DNA of 59,807 nt, counting the filler, from Nemertoderma westbladi (lineage: Eukaryota; Animalia; Xenacoelomorpha): assembly GCA_032718475.1 (NCBI GenBank). It is 3 parts of 3 records of this genome, joined end to end, with 100 filler letters (N's around TTAATTAATTAA, not from the genome) between each part and the next. Parts side by side here need not be neighbours in the genome. Positions count along the whole stretch, not along the records: positions 1 to 20,217 come from JAUCBJ010005918.1; 2 more parts are not named here. One strand, 5' to 3'. This document shows, piece after piece, positions 1 to 13,230 of the stretch (its first letter is position 1; every line of letters starts with the position of its first letter). Made by a program: the position numbers and the translations under genes. The notes under the pieces are model-generated. The model ran no database searches and had not been told where the DNA came from. It was given only the letters and a program-made list of their open reading frames with translations.

Positions 1-45
1 TTTACTTTACACATAAGGTACATTTCCTATTTATTTATTACTCAC

Positions 46-258
46 TTCTAGGTGCGCTTTATCGAAGAATAATGAGGTAAACTCATTACTGCAGAAATAA
101 TGAGGGCGGATACGTCGTGACTCATTATCGAATACTTCCTCAAGCACGACATCGGCCTTAAGTACCCAAACGGGGTCCACTATTCGAAAACAGGGACACG
201 GCCTACCGTAGTAGGTGCCCCTGCACACTGCCCCTCTGCATCCTTGGACGATGTTGAT
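46..258 (-). CDS. Internal exon of a Cys-rich (CxGxxCxG...CPC) gene, paralogous to the 8477-10165 gene; the gene runs off the window and its upstream exons look decayed
   Basis: Acceptor tttacag at 259-265 and donor gtgag at 41-45 (minus strand); 213-nt phase-0 exon. INIVQGCRGAVCRGTYYGRPCPC...FCSNEFTSLF aligns by eye with IKVVEDVCGGALCDGQYGRDCPC...VTSRRFLNSF. Confidence 0.6.
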
Positions 259-2199
259 CTGTAAATACAAAATATATTGTGTGAAAATATATTACAATAT
301 CTTCATAAAATACCTTTTAGGGTTAGCCACAAAATGACCACTCTAATAAATATATCCGATTGAAAAAATTAAGGTTGTGGGGTTGGGTTGATCTCTAACT
401 GCAACTGATACATACACTAACAGGAGCAGAGAGCAGTTGAGATTCCCCTCTATTTCGACGCTGTTCCACTTCAATATGATGGTCGCAATGCCACCCATTG
501 GTTGCTGGACGATGACACAGAAGATACCGCAAGGGGGCGTTGCTGTCTATTCCAATAACAATTATTTAATTTTTACTGGTTGAAGAAACGGCACCTAAAG
601 ATAAATCTACTCCTGCTTGGAGTGCAGGTGTCATTGATGGAAAGTGATCAGGAGTGATGAAGTGATGGGAAGTGATGAACTGGGAATATCTACTGCTATA
701 AACTCCTGCCCCAAAATTTATTGTACAGCAGGCCTGTTATTTTTATCTAATATGGCTAGTTCGCACCGGTAGCAAAAACCGCTTACTGTAGCTCTAGCTA
801 ATGTTAAAAAATCCCACATGATTCACAATTGTTTCTATTTCCCTTCCTGCGTGGCATTTTATAAGTTTTTGAATGAGTTGTAACAGCATTTCATAGGAAT
901 GGCCTTGAAGATGCGGTAGTTTACTGCGATTGATAAATAGGTGGTCAAATCCACCTATTAGCGATTTCCTATAAGAATGGCGGATTTCCTGAGCGATATA
1001 GATTGGCTTCGCTTCCTTGACACAATTCGGTAAAATAAATTTTTTGTTATGATAGTAATATTCCTTGCCACTTTTTGTTAATTAAAGGAAACTTGGGTAG
1101 ATTTTTGTTTGTGGTGGAAATTAACGCGATTACAGAAAATAAGCGAAACTTTTCTTATCCTTTACACATTTAATTTTATCTGAATTATGGTGATCTTTCT
1201 AGATTTATCAATTTGTTCCAATTTTTCATTGCCGGCTCCTGTATGTAAATTGAAATTTGGCCAGCCCACCAGTTTTATTCTCGGGCCTAAATTAATATAA
1301 TCGAAATGTAGGCCAAGTTACATATTAGATTTGAGTTAAAAAATGATTAATTAAGCTCTTATTAAGGTCTTTGTAAAATAAAATTTATTGATATTTTATA
1401 ATTACATTATGTTGAATTAAATAATGAACATATAAATTTTAAATAAATAAACGACAATTAAGTGTCTTAATAGATACTGTATACCACAGGTTTGTTTGTG
1501 TATTATAATCTGCAAAGAATGATCAGGATTATAAATCGATGTTTGTTTGTATCTCAACAGATATAATTATTATTTGTTTATCATCTCAGTTTTTGCAACA
1601 AAACTGTCTAATGTGTCTATTCTTGAATCCTTGAGATAATTCAAAATACAATTTTTTGAGGATTTTTCCATATCGCATCAAAGTGGTAGTGTACTGTAGT
1701 AGACTTGTGCCGGACTTCACATTTTCTGCGCTATCTCAAGAATAACTAAGTTTGGACCCATTTGATGACATTTGATGCATGCAGGAAGTTCTTTCTTGAT
1801 TCATTGATCTTTCATTAATGTGTTATATTGTTAGAATTTTAATTGTGGTGCATTGCTCAAAATTTCAACCCCCTTGGGATCCGTCAAGATATCGATGAAA
1901 TTTAGATAATTTTTTTTTACCTTAATTCTTTAACATTTGGCAACTTTTGCGCACCGGTAGAACAACGAAATCTAAAAAAAAAGTAAAAAACGTACCACCC
2001 TAGTGTACGTGTCATTAGATGCTAACTACTGTATAAATATAAAAGATCAACCGGGGTTGCTAGCTAGAATTTTGTGTGTGTGTATTGGAATATAAAAGAA
2101 ATTCTAACTACTGTATAAACTTGAAAATATATGAAAGAATTGCTAACTACTGTATAAATTGCACCAAGTTTAGTTTACCATCCTTTGTCGTGGGGCCTA

Positions 2200-2535
2200 C
2201 TGTACTGGCGATTAAGTGTAGGTTTTCCCGTCTGATTAGATATTTTTTTCCCTGTTTTTCCGATCTGCCCAGTCCCTGCATTTGTATCCTAAAACAATTC
2301 TGAAGGGTCCCTGGTAGTACTTGCACCCTGGATGTTTATCTAGGAAGTGTTCCCCTATTGCCTCCTTCCGGTTGCCATTCCGTACTGAGTTGCAGTGTTT
2401 CATCATGCGGTCCCTAATCCACCCAATGCTCTCCCCTATGTAATTTTCCATAATTCCTCTACACTCACATATCGTACATATTATTTCGTAGTGATTCGTA
2501 CATTACATTGCGTACTGTACAAATCTTGTTTCTCT
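2200..2535 (-). pseudogene. GIY-YIG endonuclease remnant of the Penelope-like type, frameshifted, no RT attached
   Basis: Reads CTVRNVMYE / IICTICECRGIMENYIGESIGWIRDRMMKH...AIGEHF...WADRKNREK across a small duplication and a frameshift; matches the NVVY..C..C...YIGE...R..H pattern. Confidence 0.75.
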
Positions 2536-2662
2536 GTTTAACCACGCTCCTCCCATTGACAACCTTCCACCTGACATTGTAATCGATGTCAACAGGTCTG
2601 CCCCATCTAGATCGCTCGCTCTAGGGAACATTTGTGCCCACAATACCAAGGAGGATCCATTG

Positions 2663-2935
2663 TCAGACAGAATAAGCTTGCACTATTGTTTGTAATTTGG
2701 AGACAACAAAATATGTATTGTTTGTACAGAGATCATTGGTTCCAAATAATATAACAATGATGCAGGGTTTATTCTGCCATTGTTGGATAATCTCCTGGGT
2801 ATTGTGGTTCGCAAATGTTACCCCAGCGCGCGGCTGGAACTTAACATTTGCGACTGATGGTGACAGCCCGAAGTTGCGTTCCGTTTGACTGTTTACAAAG
2901 CTCGATAGATGAACAGCATGGGGAGACCACAATAT
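2663..2935 (-). pseudogene. SGNH/GDSL hydrolase-like remnant, copy 2 (3' truncated)
   Basis: ILWSPHAVHL (decayed block I), PRAGVTF (block II), IIVILFGTNDL (block III); similar to the adjacent copy. Confidence 0.65.
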
Positions 2936-2964
2936 ATTAACCTTGTGTATGTGGTCGTATTGAC

Positions 2965-3420
2965 ACACGCAAGATGGAGGCCATATTCGTATTACCTCAG
3001 CCACGCCACCATCCTGCTGTTTTTAGCCACACGCCGCGAATCAAAATTGGGGTCCACAGGTATTCTCTTCGGGGCGCATTGACCGCAGGACAATTTGTGC
3101 CCATAAATCGGAGGAGGCTCCATTGGATGAATATTCCGTTATCATTGCCTTCATTCAATTTGGTGACAACAAAATCTGTCTCTCTCACACACTGATCATT
3201 GCCTCTAAACATTAGAACAATGATACATGGTTTCTTCTCCCAATGTCTCATAACCTCTCCCGGATTATGGTCAGCAAAGGTCCTCCCAGATCACGGCTGA
3301 AAGTGAACTCGAGAAACTGCTGGATGCAGGCCAAAGTTACAATCAACACTGTGATCATTATGGCCATGAAACCCAAAGAGTCTATCTGGGTGAGATGAAC
3401 CCATGATTCTGATTACGTGG
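2965..3420 (-). pseudogene. SGNH/GDSL hydrolase-like remnant, copy 1
   Basis: IMGSSHPDRL (block I), in-frame stop then SGRTF (block II), IIVLMFRGND (block III), and YGLHL (DGxHL-like block V) in a shifted frame near 2970. Confidence 0.65.
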
Positions 3421-3614
3421 ACATGCAGATGAAAGATCTGGAGTTGAGAGCTATATACTGTATTATTAACCATTCCTATCCAATAGGATCGTACCGCATT
3501 ATTACAGTATTAACAGCATATCCATATAACAAATACTACAGTTAGTAGTTGCCAAAAAGGCAAAAGCCTAAACCGGGTCATGAGTCTCTTTACTCTCACA
3601 GTCAGTCTCTATCA

Positions 3615-4556
3615 TCAATCCCTATCTTTGGTACGTAGCAGAGGGACATCCAGAACATAATCTTTAAGGTATCCAGGAAGAGTGCGATTGCGAGTGGGTC
3701 GAGGCGGATGCTCTGGAGCATTGTCATCAGTATCTGTTGGAGGTTGCTGAGATGATAGGGAGCATCCTTGAGTTTGCTGGCCCTTTCTTGTGGGTGGAGG
3801 GCCCCAGACCCATGTTGACGAGCGCTGATCAGGTATTTCATAGTGGAACGGCTTCACGTCATCGATATGACGGCGTCGGGTTCTGCCATCTACTGCCTTC
3901 ACGAGAACTCTGTTACCTTGTTGTTCTACTACAGTGTAGGGGGTTGACTCATATTTTGTATCAAATTTATGTTTGCGGGCTCGATTGCGTATGAGCACCT
4001 GACAACCTGGTGTCAAGTAGGTGGATTTGCAGTGCCTGGAGGCATTTGCTTTATCCGTTCGACGGTGCTTCTGTTCGCGGTCATGTTCCCGAGCGTCGTT
4101 GACCTGTTGATCGGAAATGGACTTCCGTGGGAAGCTGGAGCGGTATCCGTGTCGGAGGAGAACGTCGCCTGGGGCAACACCAGTTGCAGTATGGGGGGTA
4201 GAACGGTAGTTTGCCAGGGTTTGTGATAAGGCTTCTTTCAGCGGTTGCCTGTTGTTATGAGCTATTTTCATGGCCTTGCCGAGGGGCTTCATAAAGGTTT
4301 CAGAGGGGTTTCCCTGCGGGTGGTATTCATACACTTTCGTGTGGGATATGCCCCGCTAGCGGGAGAAAGTTGTGAACTCCTTTGAATTAAACGGGGGCCC
4401 ATTATCTGAACGATGGATTTCTGGGTTACCAAAGTTGTCATAGATATCGCCCAAGGCAGTGAGAACAGGCGCTGATGAAGTGGAAGGTACAATGGTGGCT
4501 GCTGGAAATCTTGAGAGTGAGTCTTGAGCTACAAGCACATGTTGTCCTGTTGGCAT
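3615..4556 (-). pseudogene. Ty3/Gypsy integrase fragment (5' truncated, one in-frame stop at 4356-4358)
   Basis: QDSLSRFP, SDNGPPFNSKEF, YHPQGNPSE, YRSTPHTATGVAP, GPY-like PYTVV, terminal RNRTLPGYLKDYV; the two ORFs share a frame. Confidence 0.9.
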
Positions 4557-4687
4557 AATCCTCGTATTTTTCGTATGGGCAGAAAACCCCGTAAAGACAT
4601 TATCAATAATTGCAGAATTGAGTATTTAACTGGTATCAGTGTATACTGTAGCCTATATCAAGAGAAGTATCATATCAATATAGCAAC

Positions 4688-6248
4688 AGGGTCACTACAA
4701 TACAAAGACCAAAGACCGAAATAACAAATAGTGTTAACTTTCGCTTATTGTTTTGGTTCCGCTAATACGCCTATGTAACCTGATCATTTACTAACCTTCT
4801 CCTTTAAATAGCAATGGGACATAACGCTCTTTGGGACCTACGCTTTTTGGGACGCAAGGCGACTTTACCTCTTTGTTTTGTACAGGTCCCAAAGAGTGTT
4901 AGGTGCCATTGCCATTTAAAGGTTAACCCCTTCAGTACGGGAAACAGAGACAATTTACACCCCAGAACCGGGTAAAATTCAAACCAAAATTCAAATTTCA
5001 CACCATTACGTCTCATGAACATATCAAATGAACGGCTCATCAGATATAATCTGATGAGCCGTTCATAATATATATTCCATCAGATATAATCTGATGGAAT
5101 TCATATAAATTGATTTAGAAATTTCAAACTTGTTTTTTTCGGCGGGTGCCAATTTTTGGTGCCAGCACCAAATTTTGAAATATGTCAATTTTGTAAATTG
5201 ATTGTGTGAAACTTGTTTTTTACGCAATTGGGGTTTTTTGATGTTCTGGTTTCAATGAAATATATACGAGTTGCACCAAGCGTATCAAACGATGGGGCAT
5301 TTCAGAAATGTATTCCATTAGAATCAGCGCCCTAGAAAACCTGAAAATGTGAATTTATGTGAATTTATCTGATATATTGAAGCCTACCTTCTTGAACCAG
5401 ATATGGCTCTTTCTAACAGGGTTGTATGCAGATATATATTGGTCTTGACGATCAACTCCAACCATGTTCCGGTTATACTCCTCAATATGTCAGAAACAGT
5501 TTACCGTAATCTACAGGCCCAAAGTCATCGCCGTCAGAAACTCCCGTAACTTTCCAACCAGGTTTACCGGTAAATACACAGGGGTGATCACTCGCATAAC
5601 TGTCTGCATTAGGAGAAATAAACACAAACTCACTAGGACCACTAGTTGCTGTCTCCTCGCTAGTTGTTGTCTCCTCGTCATCGCCAGTATCCGATTCATC
5701 TCCTTCAACACTTCCTTCCTCGTCATCTCCTTCGAGGCCATCTTCACTACCACTATCAACAGTCTCAAACCCGTAGTAACTTACAGGTCTAGTTTTTCGC
5801 TTAGGCCTACTGCTGTCACCCATCAGTATAGAACTGTATAGAATGCAGTGTAGGCTACAGTATACAGTATATCCTACCTATTCCAGTATTCCATTAGTCA
5901 ACTTAAAGCCTATTGAACTTGGTATTTTAAATCTCCCGCGCACTACTGTATATAAGTTATAGGAGGCTTCTATAGTGCGCGGGAGGTTTAAATTACTAAG
6001 TTTCTGTCACCGGGTGAATGTCAAGACTGGTTAAAATGCATTGAACTTATGACGAGTGCATGCTCGTCACCGTGGTGGTAGTGATGATGAGCACCCGCTC
6101 GTCCCCGTACTGAAGGGGTTAATAATAAAGGAGCAGCTCACAGACGCTTGATGGGGGATCAACAACATTAAACGCAACTTAACAACTGTTACAATATTAT
6201 GCAGGTCTTTATTATTTTGGTCTTGGGTCTTTGTTTTGTAGTCACTCT
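4688..6248. mobile_element. MITE (Mutator- or hAT-like) interrupted by a piggyBac derivative
   Basis: Imperfect TIRs AGGGTCACTACAATACAAAGACC / GGTCTTTGTTTTGTAGTCACTCT; TSD ATAGCAAC(A) on both sides; related short copy at 18417-18633. Confidence 0.7.
4927..6118 (-). mobile_element. Internally deleted piggyBac element
   Basis: TTAA TSDs (4923-4926, 6119-6122); 15-bp TIR CCCCTTCAGTACGGG; acidic transposase N-terminus (5482-5823) joined out of frame to EYNRNMVGVDRQDQYISAYNPVRKSHIWFKK (YNxxMGGVD motif). Confidence 0.9.
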
Positions 6249-6365
6249 ATAGCAACAGCGTTTAGGCGTATGTCTAATATATATTGCAAATATAATACAA
6301 TAGGCAGGCAGATAGGCCTATGATGAAAGACAAGCTTAAAATATAGGCCTAATAATAAAACTAAC

Positions 6366-6486
6366 CATGGAATGGAAGTACCGCTGGTAGACCCCTCTCA
6401 CGTCGCGGGCATGTTGTCCGATTGTGTTTCCGTTTGCCTTCAGTACCAAGGCAGTGAGTACAAATCGTCGCCTTTCTCTTCGGCAT
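6366..6486 (-). CDS. Small first coding exon with a CCHC zinc knuckle (not in the ORF track)
   Basis: MPKRKATICTHCLGTEGKRKHNRTTCPRRERGLPAVLPFH followed by a GTTAG donor; C-x2-C-x8-H-x4-C. Confidence 0.55.
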
Positions 6487-6719
6487 CTTGACTGCTTGAT
6501 GAACACGGTTAATCAATATGATAACAATAAAGTATTGAAATATATAGAAGTATTGAAGTAAGAAACTATGGCATCAATTCAAGAATAATTAGGTTTGGCC
6601 AACAATGGCGCCTGGAAGCCCTTAAAATATATAGTTTACTTAATCAATTGCAGAATTGAGTTTACACAAACTCTAGAATCCAATATACTAAGACTGAGAT
6701 TGTTGTAGTAATAGTTGGA

Positions 6720-7180
6720 CCTAAACCAATTACTGAGGACTCTGAAGGACTCATCAGTATAGAAACCTCTGAAAGGACACATTCTATTGGTCGAATGCTT
6801 GCAAGAAATAAGTAATGTTAAGGATGAGACCTCACAGAGCCATAGTGAGACACAACACTTTCTATTGGTTGTTTATACATAAACTGCAGAAAGGTAATAT
6901 CTACCAAGGTAGTGTGGGGAATGTTCTTTGAAGTAATGTTAGACCACTGTCTGAGACAGGAGGAAGAGTGACACTGGGCCTTCATTTCCTATTGGTCGTC
7001 GCATACATCAAAGTCCAAACCAATCTTGATGTGTATCATTGGCGCGGTATACATCTGAAGAATGTTCCTTGTGGTGTGGTGATAGTCTACTTGCTGCCGC
7101 GGGCGAGGTCTTTGAATGCCTCATCAGTATAGAGACAGTGTCAGGCCAAACCTTGTGTGTTCAGTATAAATCCTAAGGCA
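6720..7180. promoter_or_regulatory. Putative bidirectional Pol II promoter
   Basis: Several CCAAT/ATTGG boxes (~6727, 6787, 6864, 6991, 7020, 7038) and TATAAA at ~7166, between divergent coding exons; GT donors at ~7195 and ~7300 suggest 5' UTR exons. Confidence 0.4.
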
Positions 7181-8476
7181 ATTCAGCAATAAAGGTAATA
7201 AGTTTATTCTACCTGTTATAGTTTGTAGCATTCACTGAAAGATTTTTGGATTCGTACCGTATCAGTTCGTCCATCGTTTATTTTCTACGAATATTTGAGG
7301 TAAGTGGAGTCGGACACATCATTACTGTGTATATACTTTTATATAATAATACCAGAGTACGCTACTTATTTCAATGAATGTGTTATACGTTATGCATAAT
7401 AGTAGTACAGGTACTGTAGATAATGAAACGAAAGTCGAGAATTTTCTAAGTCTGTTTCCTGAAATAATGATGAAAATTGTGAGCTAATAAAGTAAAATTT
7501 AATTGGTGGGCGGGTGGGCTGACCTAAGAAGTTTTAGATTAGACAACATTCTGGTGGGCGGGTGGGTTGATATCCGTTGTTGAATGGGTGGGTGGCGGGT
7601 CTAATTAGAGATTGTGGGAGGGGGAGGGGTCAATTAGAATTTAGTTGCAGTTTCAAGTTTCGCTCCTTGGGGGTCTATCACTTGGGAAACATTCTCTGAT
7701 TTTCTGCCAGACCGATTATTTCCAAAATCGAAGAGTCAACTCACGCATGGCCTGGCCATGTTATGCTCGGCCTTTAAGCAAGTAGGTTATAGGTAAAATA
7801 TTTAATTTTTAAAAATTAAATTAAATTAATAGATATATAAGAATTGCCTAGGAAAGCTGCTATTTATGATATTATATATGCTAGGCTCTTATTCTTAATG
7901 TAAATATTTAATATTAAAAATAATAATAAGATTAGTTTTCATTTGTTAGTGAAAATAAGTCAATGTCCTCTTATCACAACCACGTTCTTATCAAAATTAT
8001 ATCAAAAAGACATTTGCATTTCTTTTTATTTTTGTCTACAGCCTTTTCTCCGGTTTAAACTTATACTAAAACTGATGGATAATGGGTTAATAACTTTGTG
8101 TTTATGCTAAACAATAATTATTATTCTAAAGAATTAATATCAATTGAATATAATTTTTGAAATTTACTTCCAACCATTATTCAATGTCATATTGGGCATT
8201 GCTTGCACATTCCGGCTTTACAATAAATAATTGTGAGTTATAAATCAATCCAATATTATACTAAAAAAAGAGAAACAAATGTTCCTATCAATGGATCATT
8301 TCCTTTCTGCTAAATACTGTAAGTAAAATAATATATCACGGTTTGAAAAAATATTTGTTAGTTACATTTTTGCATGTGTTTTGCCGGGATTAATGAAAAC
8401 TTTTTTATCACAACGATATTGGCTATATTTATTTCACAATAATGTATTTATTCACCATAATAATTTTGTTTTTAGA

Positions 8477-10165
8477 ATGCCTTCGGAGGTAACGCTAAAC
8501 GTTATAAGTGGGAATGTGGAGCGTGCCCATCACCTCCTTGTGACGAGGTATCGTCAAGTTGAGTTGCCCTACGTGAAGGAAGCGGGTGACGATATCGAGG
8601 ACGGCCTCAAGTTATGTGCGGAGGTGCTGCACGTAAAGAAATCCTCGTCCATGATTGTAAAGAAAAAGTCTGGTTGATTTGGTGCCACGAAATTTTCAAA
8701 ATCAACGCAAACCTACAATCGGATGATATTTTTTAGATTATTGTATTGATATAATCTATTTCCATACTTAATTTAAACAGAATACATACATTTAATATAA
8801 AATAGCATAAATAGTAGAGGAATTGGGTGCCATGGGTAATTTCTCTCATCCCTAGGTCGCGGGTTCATTCCCACAAAGTGTGAATTGTAGTCCATTTTGA
8901 TCATTATTGACTGGGACACCAAAAAAACTCACCAATCTAGTACAATGTAACTCAATTTAATTTACTTGTAACCAGTAATCAAAAAATAATAAAATATTGT
9001 GAGTTATTTTGCTTTTATGGTGTTGCAATTTTTCAACATCAATGCAAAAAACTTTCAACAAAATATACATACACTTTATCAGTTTATTCTAATATTCATA
9101 AGAATAAAAGATGTTTATTATATTTATTATACATTTTTATAAAATGTTCAAATAGGCGTGGCGGCGTGGGAAGGGGACTTTCTATTTCCAGGGGAAAATC
9201 GTAACAGCTGATGACATCCAAAAATAACATTGTAACATTGTAACTTTAGTTTATTGTTTTGGTTAGAATAACATGTCTCTGTAACTTGCACCTTTCCCTT
9301 AATTGATTATTAAACATTGAGGCGGGATATTAATTCGCCGAGGTGGGAGTTTACTACTGTGTCTCAAAAAGATAATTATAATAATATAACGGGGATATTT
9401 ATACTAAACTCATTTGCTGCAATGGATTTATAATTTATGTTATTTTGTTATTTTAGATGCACCGAGAGTGGTGAGGTGTTTGCCGTTATTGCTAACGACG
9501 ACAAACAGTCGGCAAGGCTGTTTATGGACAGAAGTGTTGGCGTGGGGTCCCAAGTCCACATCATAGACCCTGTTCTCATAGGGAAAGAGAACTCCGACCT
9601 CGTTGTTGTCGGGGTAGACGATATGCTGGTACCGGTAATCCAGCCGTCCAATGTGGAGAAGTTGGCCGTTACTTGGGACCCCGAGTCGACAGCGATGGGT
9701 TCATTCGCTATGAGAGCAACAGCCCTCAACTTGAACCGAATCAAGGTGGTGGAGGACGTCTGTGGTGGGGCACTATGCGACGGGCAGTACGGGAGGGACT
9801 GTCCCTGTCTGGTGTCCTGCCCCACAGTGAAGTGGGGATTCTCTATGGCTGTTAAGCCGGATTTCCTCCAGGCCATAGATCGGGTTGAAGCTGTCACGTC
9901 GCGTCGCTTTCTAAACAGCTTTGTAGGAGGTAGACGCCTCAGCCTGGATGAGGTGCCTCAGTGTCGCGAGTATAGCCGGCAGATGTTAAGGGACCTTAAC
10001 GTCTTGGAGGGGGTTCACTGGATGGTGTCCGGGTGGATGCGGCCATCGTTGAAGGAGGGTGATGAACAAGTCACACTTCCTTCCTACCACATATCATCCA
10101 TCCGGCTGCTGGATTATCCAGTGGGCGTCTTCCCAGTTCGTCCTTTCAATGCTGGACACATATAA
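8477..10165 (+). pseudogene. Two-coding-exon gene (~322 codons) for an uncharacterised OB-fold/Zn-ribbon-like protein, apparently disabled
   Basis: Exon 8477-8736 (in-frame TGA at 8675, reading continues to TYNRMIFF-R) joins exon 9457-10165 in phase 2; the expected donor reads AT instead of GT; C4 motif CGGALCDGQYGRDCPC. Confidence 0.6.
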
Positions 10166-10479
10166 CTCGTCACACATCCCATAGGGGCAGCAGGGCGCAT
10201 AATTAATCAATTATAATCTTTTATTTGTTCTTTATTCTTCGTTTTTCATAGTCCATAGCTTTAAATTGTCCATAGGACCTGCTAGCGTGTTATTAATAAT
10301 TAGTGATGTTTTTGGAATATTTATTTTGTTATTATAGTTTACTTAAAATGAGTTCTACCAAAATCATAATTAATGATCGTATTATATCAGGCCAAATAAG
10401 TATTAAATGTAGTTATGTCACATTTTGTAACACGCCGAGACAGTTTAATGTTTTGCTTTGAAAAATACGCCTCTCTTAT

Positions 10480-11105
10480 CTTTGCTCCTTACCCTCAATT
10501 GGAAATTGGGTCGTTTATTGTTGAAAGGGCCGCTTTTGTTTCCTGTTCATTTATCTTAATTGATATTAAAAACGTTTATTTTTTTGGTTAAAAAATTTCC
10601 TATTCCGTTCTCTTAATTGATATTAAGATAGTTTATTTTTTTGGTTAGAAAACCCCACTTCTGTAATATGCTCCTTACCCTCTGGTAATGAGATCGTTTA
10701 TTGTTTTGGGGTTAGAAAACCCCGCTTCTGTAACCTGTTCCTTTATCTCAATTGGTAACAAGATATCGTTTATTGCATAGGTTAGAAAATGCTGTTTGTG
10801 TAACCCGTTCATTTCCCTCAATTGGTAATGATATCACTTATTATTTTTGTTAGAAAGCCTGCTTCTGTAACCTGTTCCTTTTCCTCAATTGGTAATGGGA
10901 TCGTTTATTGTTTTGGTTGGAATCTGCGGGTTTAGTAATCTGCTAATTTCACTTAATTCATAAGTCGTTTATTGTTTTGGTTGGAATCTGCGGGTTTAGT
11001 AATCTGCTCATTTCCCTTAATTCTTAAGTCGTTTATTGTTTAGGTTAGATAAGGCAATTTCTGTAACGTGTTTCTTTTCATTTTTTTTGGTAACAAGATC
11101 GTTTA
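10480..11105. repeat. Degenerate ~55-60-bp tandem repeat, with dispersed copies near 4740, 9250, 18510, 21580-21750 and 29100
   Basis: Recurring TCGTTTATTGTTTTGGTTAGAA...CTTCTGTAACCTGTTCCTTT.CCTCAATTGGTAA. Confidence 0.75.
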
Positions 11106-13230
11106 ATGGCAATACAATAGCAAATAATCGGCCTGATCTAATAAAGTTGCCTTGATGATCTTAATTGTGTATAATACTTCCGTTATAAATTAATAGTTTA
11201 GTCTAGGTTAAAATACATCTACTTTTGTTTGGCACTTATTTACTATAAGATTTGTAGATTTTTTTTATTTTAGTTTTTGATGTACTTGCAAGATCACCTT
11301 GTTAAATTTAGATAGACGTTATGGAAGGTTGTCTTTTGGTCTTAATTATATATAGTAATTCCGATATATGATATATAATCTTTAAATATAATTGATAATA
11401 ATTTGTTTAATCGAATTGAAAATATATTCCATTGTTTTTATTTATCAATTGACTGCTGCTAACATACCCTGTGGTTATTGTTTTTGTTACTTGAGATCTT
11501 GTCCATTAAATTCTCTATGCACAATATTTTGGGCCCTTGGTCTAGGTATTGCTTCCTTCAGATTGGGAAGGGGCACTCTGAAAACAATAAAAGTTCACCC
11601 ATAAGAAGAAGAAATTAACTCCAAACACACATCTCATAAATCCAAGCAAGGATAAAATATTTGGGTATAATGATTGTGTGAAAACACGTCGTTCCAAATA
11701 TGTCCAAACGTTCAATCTATTTATTACAGCACATGCTTTTTTCCAAATGGAATGTTGATTTCTTTAAAACAGTAAAGATAATTCAAGGAGATGCTCTGTA
11801 AATAACAATTCGTAAAATGTCTAGTATCTTAAGCTATATGATAGTAACTAATGAAAATGGGCTATTATAGTAACATGTGTTTTCTAGAAGTTTTAAATTG
11901 TAAATATGTGTGCTTGTGCAAAAAGTTTGTTTATATTGTAAGGAATTTATTCTATAACAATTCAATTCGAAAACGGCAATGCAGTAAAAACGGTAAAACT
12001 AAAATTAAGATACCGAAAAATATTCCTCTTGGCACATTTTCATATTCATATATATCATATTCATAACTCAGAAGGCTATTTCTTGGCACATATTATAAAC
12101 AACTCATACTATTTCATTTAATCTAGAACAATACCACATTATTTTAATAACTCAGAAGTTGCTATTTCTTCATAAATTAAACAACTCAGAGTTGATATAT
12201 ATATATATATATATATATAAGCTTTCCCACTATTAGGGCCACCTTTTAAAGGTCCAATGGCCCTTAAATGGCCTTGGGCTTGGAGCAATGGCCCTAATCC
12301 TACTACGATGGCCCAAAAGGTACACGTCCTCTTAGGGCAAATATGGCCCACCTAGAACAAAATGGCCCAATCTAGGCATAATGGCCCAAAATAAACAATT
12401 ACAAGGAAATTGCCTTTAGTTCTTATGAATTTAACTTGCACCCCTAGCGGTAAACAATAGTATTTATTATCAATTTAATTCTACAGCCAAAAATGCCTTT
12501 GCAGATATTTTAAAAAATATATATATCTACAATAACGCATACAATTCACTTTTAGTGTAATTTCTGATTATGAGTTGTACAATAAGTAGTTTTTAGACGA
12601 TTTTAAGTCTTTCGTTATAGATAATTATTATCACTTATGACCGACAGTCAAAAACGCGGATGTGATTTCTCGAGTTAATGGCGCAAAGTGACCGGAAACA
12701 CAAAATATGTGTTTTTTAGATGATTTAAAAAATTAATTTATTTAAATTTCAAACATTAGTGGCGGTGTTTTCTACCCAAAACAATAAACAATACCTTTTC
12801 ACTAATGGTCAATTTGCGCCACTATTTGGATGTCTCAGCCGTTTGAAGATCGAAACTTGTGCAAACAAAATATGTTAAATTGTAAATAACAATACTGTAA
12901 ATAACAACAGGTTTTAATAAATTCTCACTGACAAGCGATTAAAATTTGTGCTTTTTTAAGAAATAATGTATGACCGTTCGGTACCTCTAGGAAGGATAAC
13001 TTATCACTATTTCGCGTACTATACACTTCATTATTAACATTTTGTCATTGGTGGGGGATTAGTTTATAGACTAGCCTAAATACATCTTACGACCCCTATG
13101 AATTCCATCCCCCACCAGTAATTCATATATTGGAGACATAAATGTAGACGTTTTGCCTCTTACCCTAATGTAACAATTATCTATAGGCCTATTAAATATA
13201 ATGTGAATTTTATCCCGTATTAATTAAATC

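Noticed and set aside
6730-7135. CTGATGAG motifs on the minus strand as hammerheads
   Set aside because: No stem II followed by GAAA
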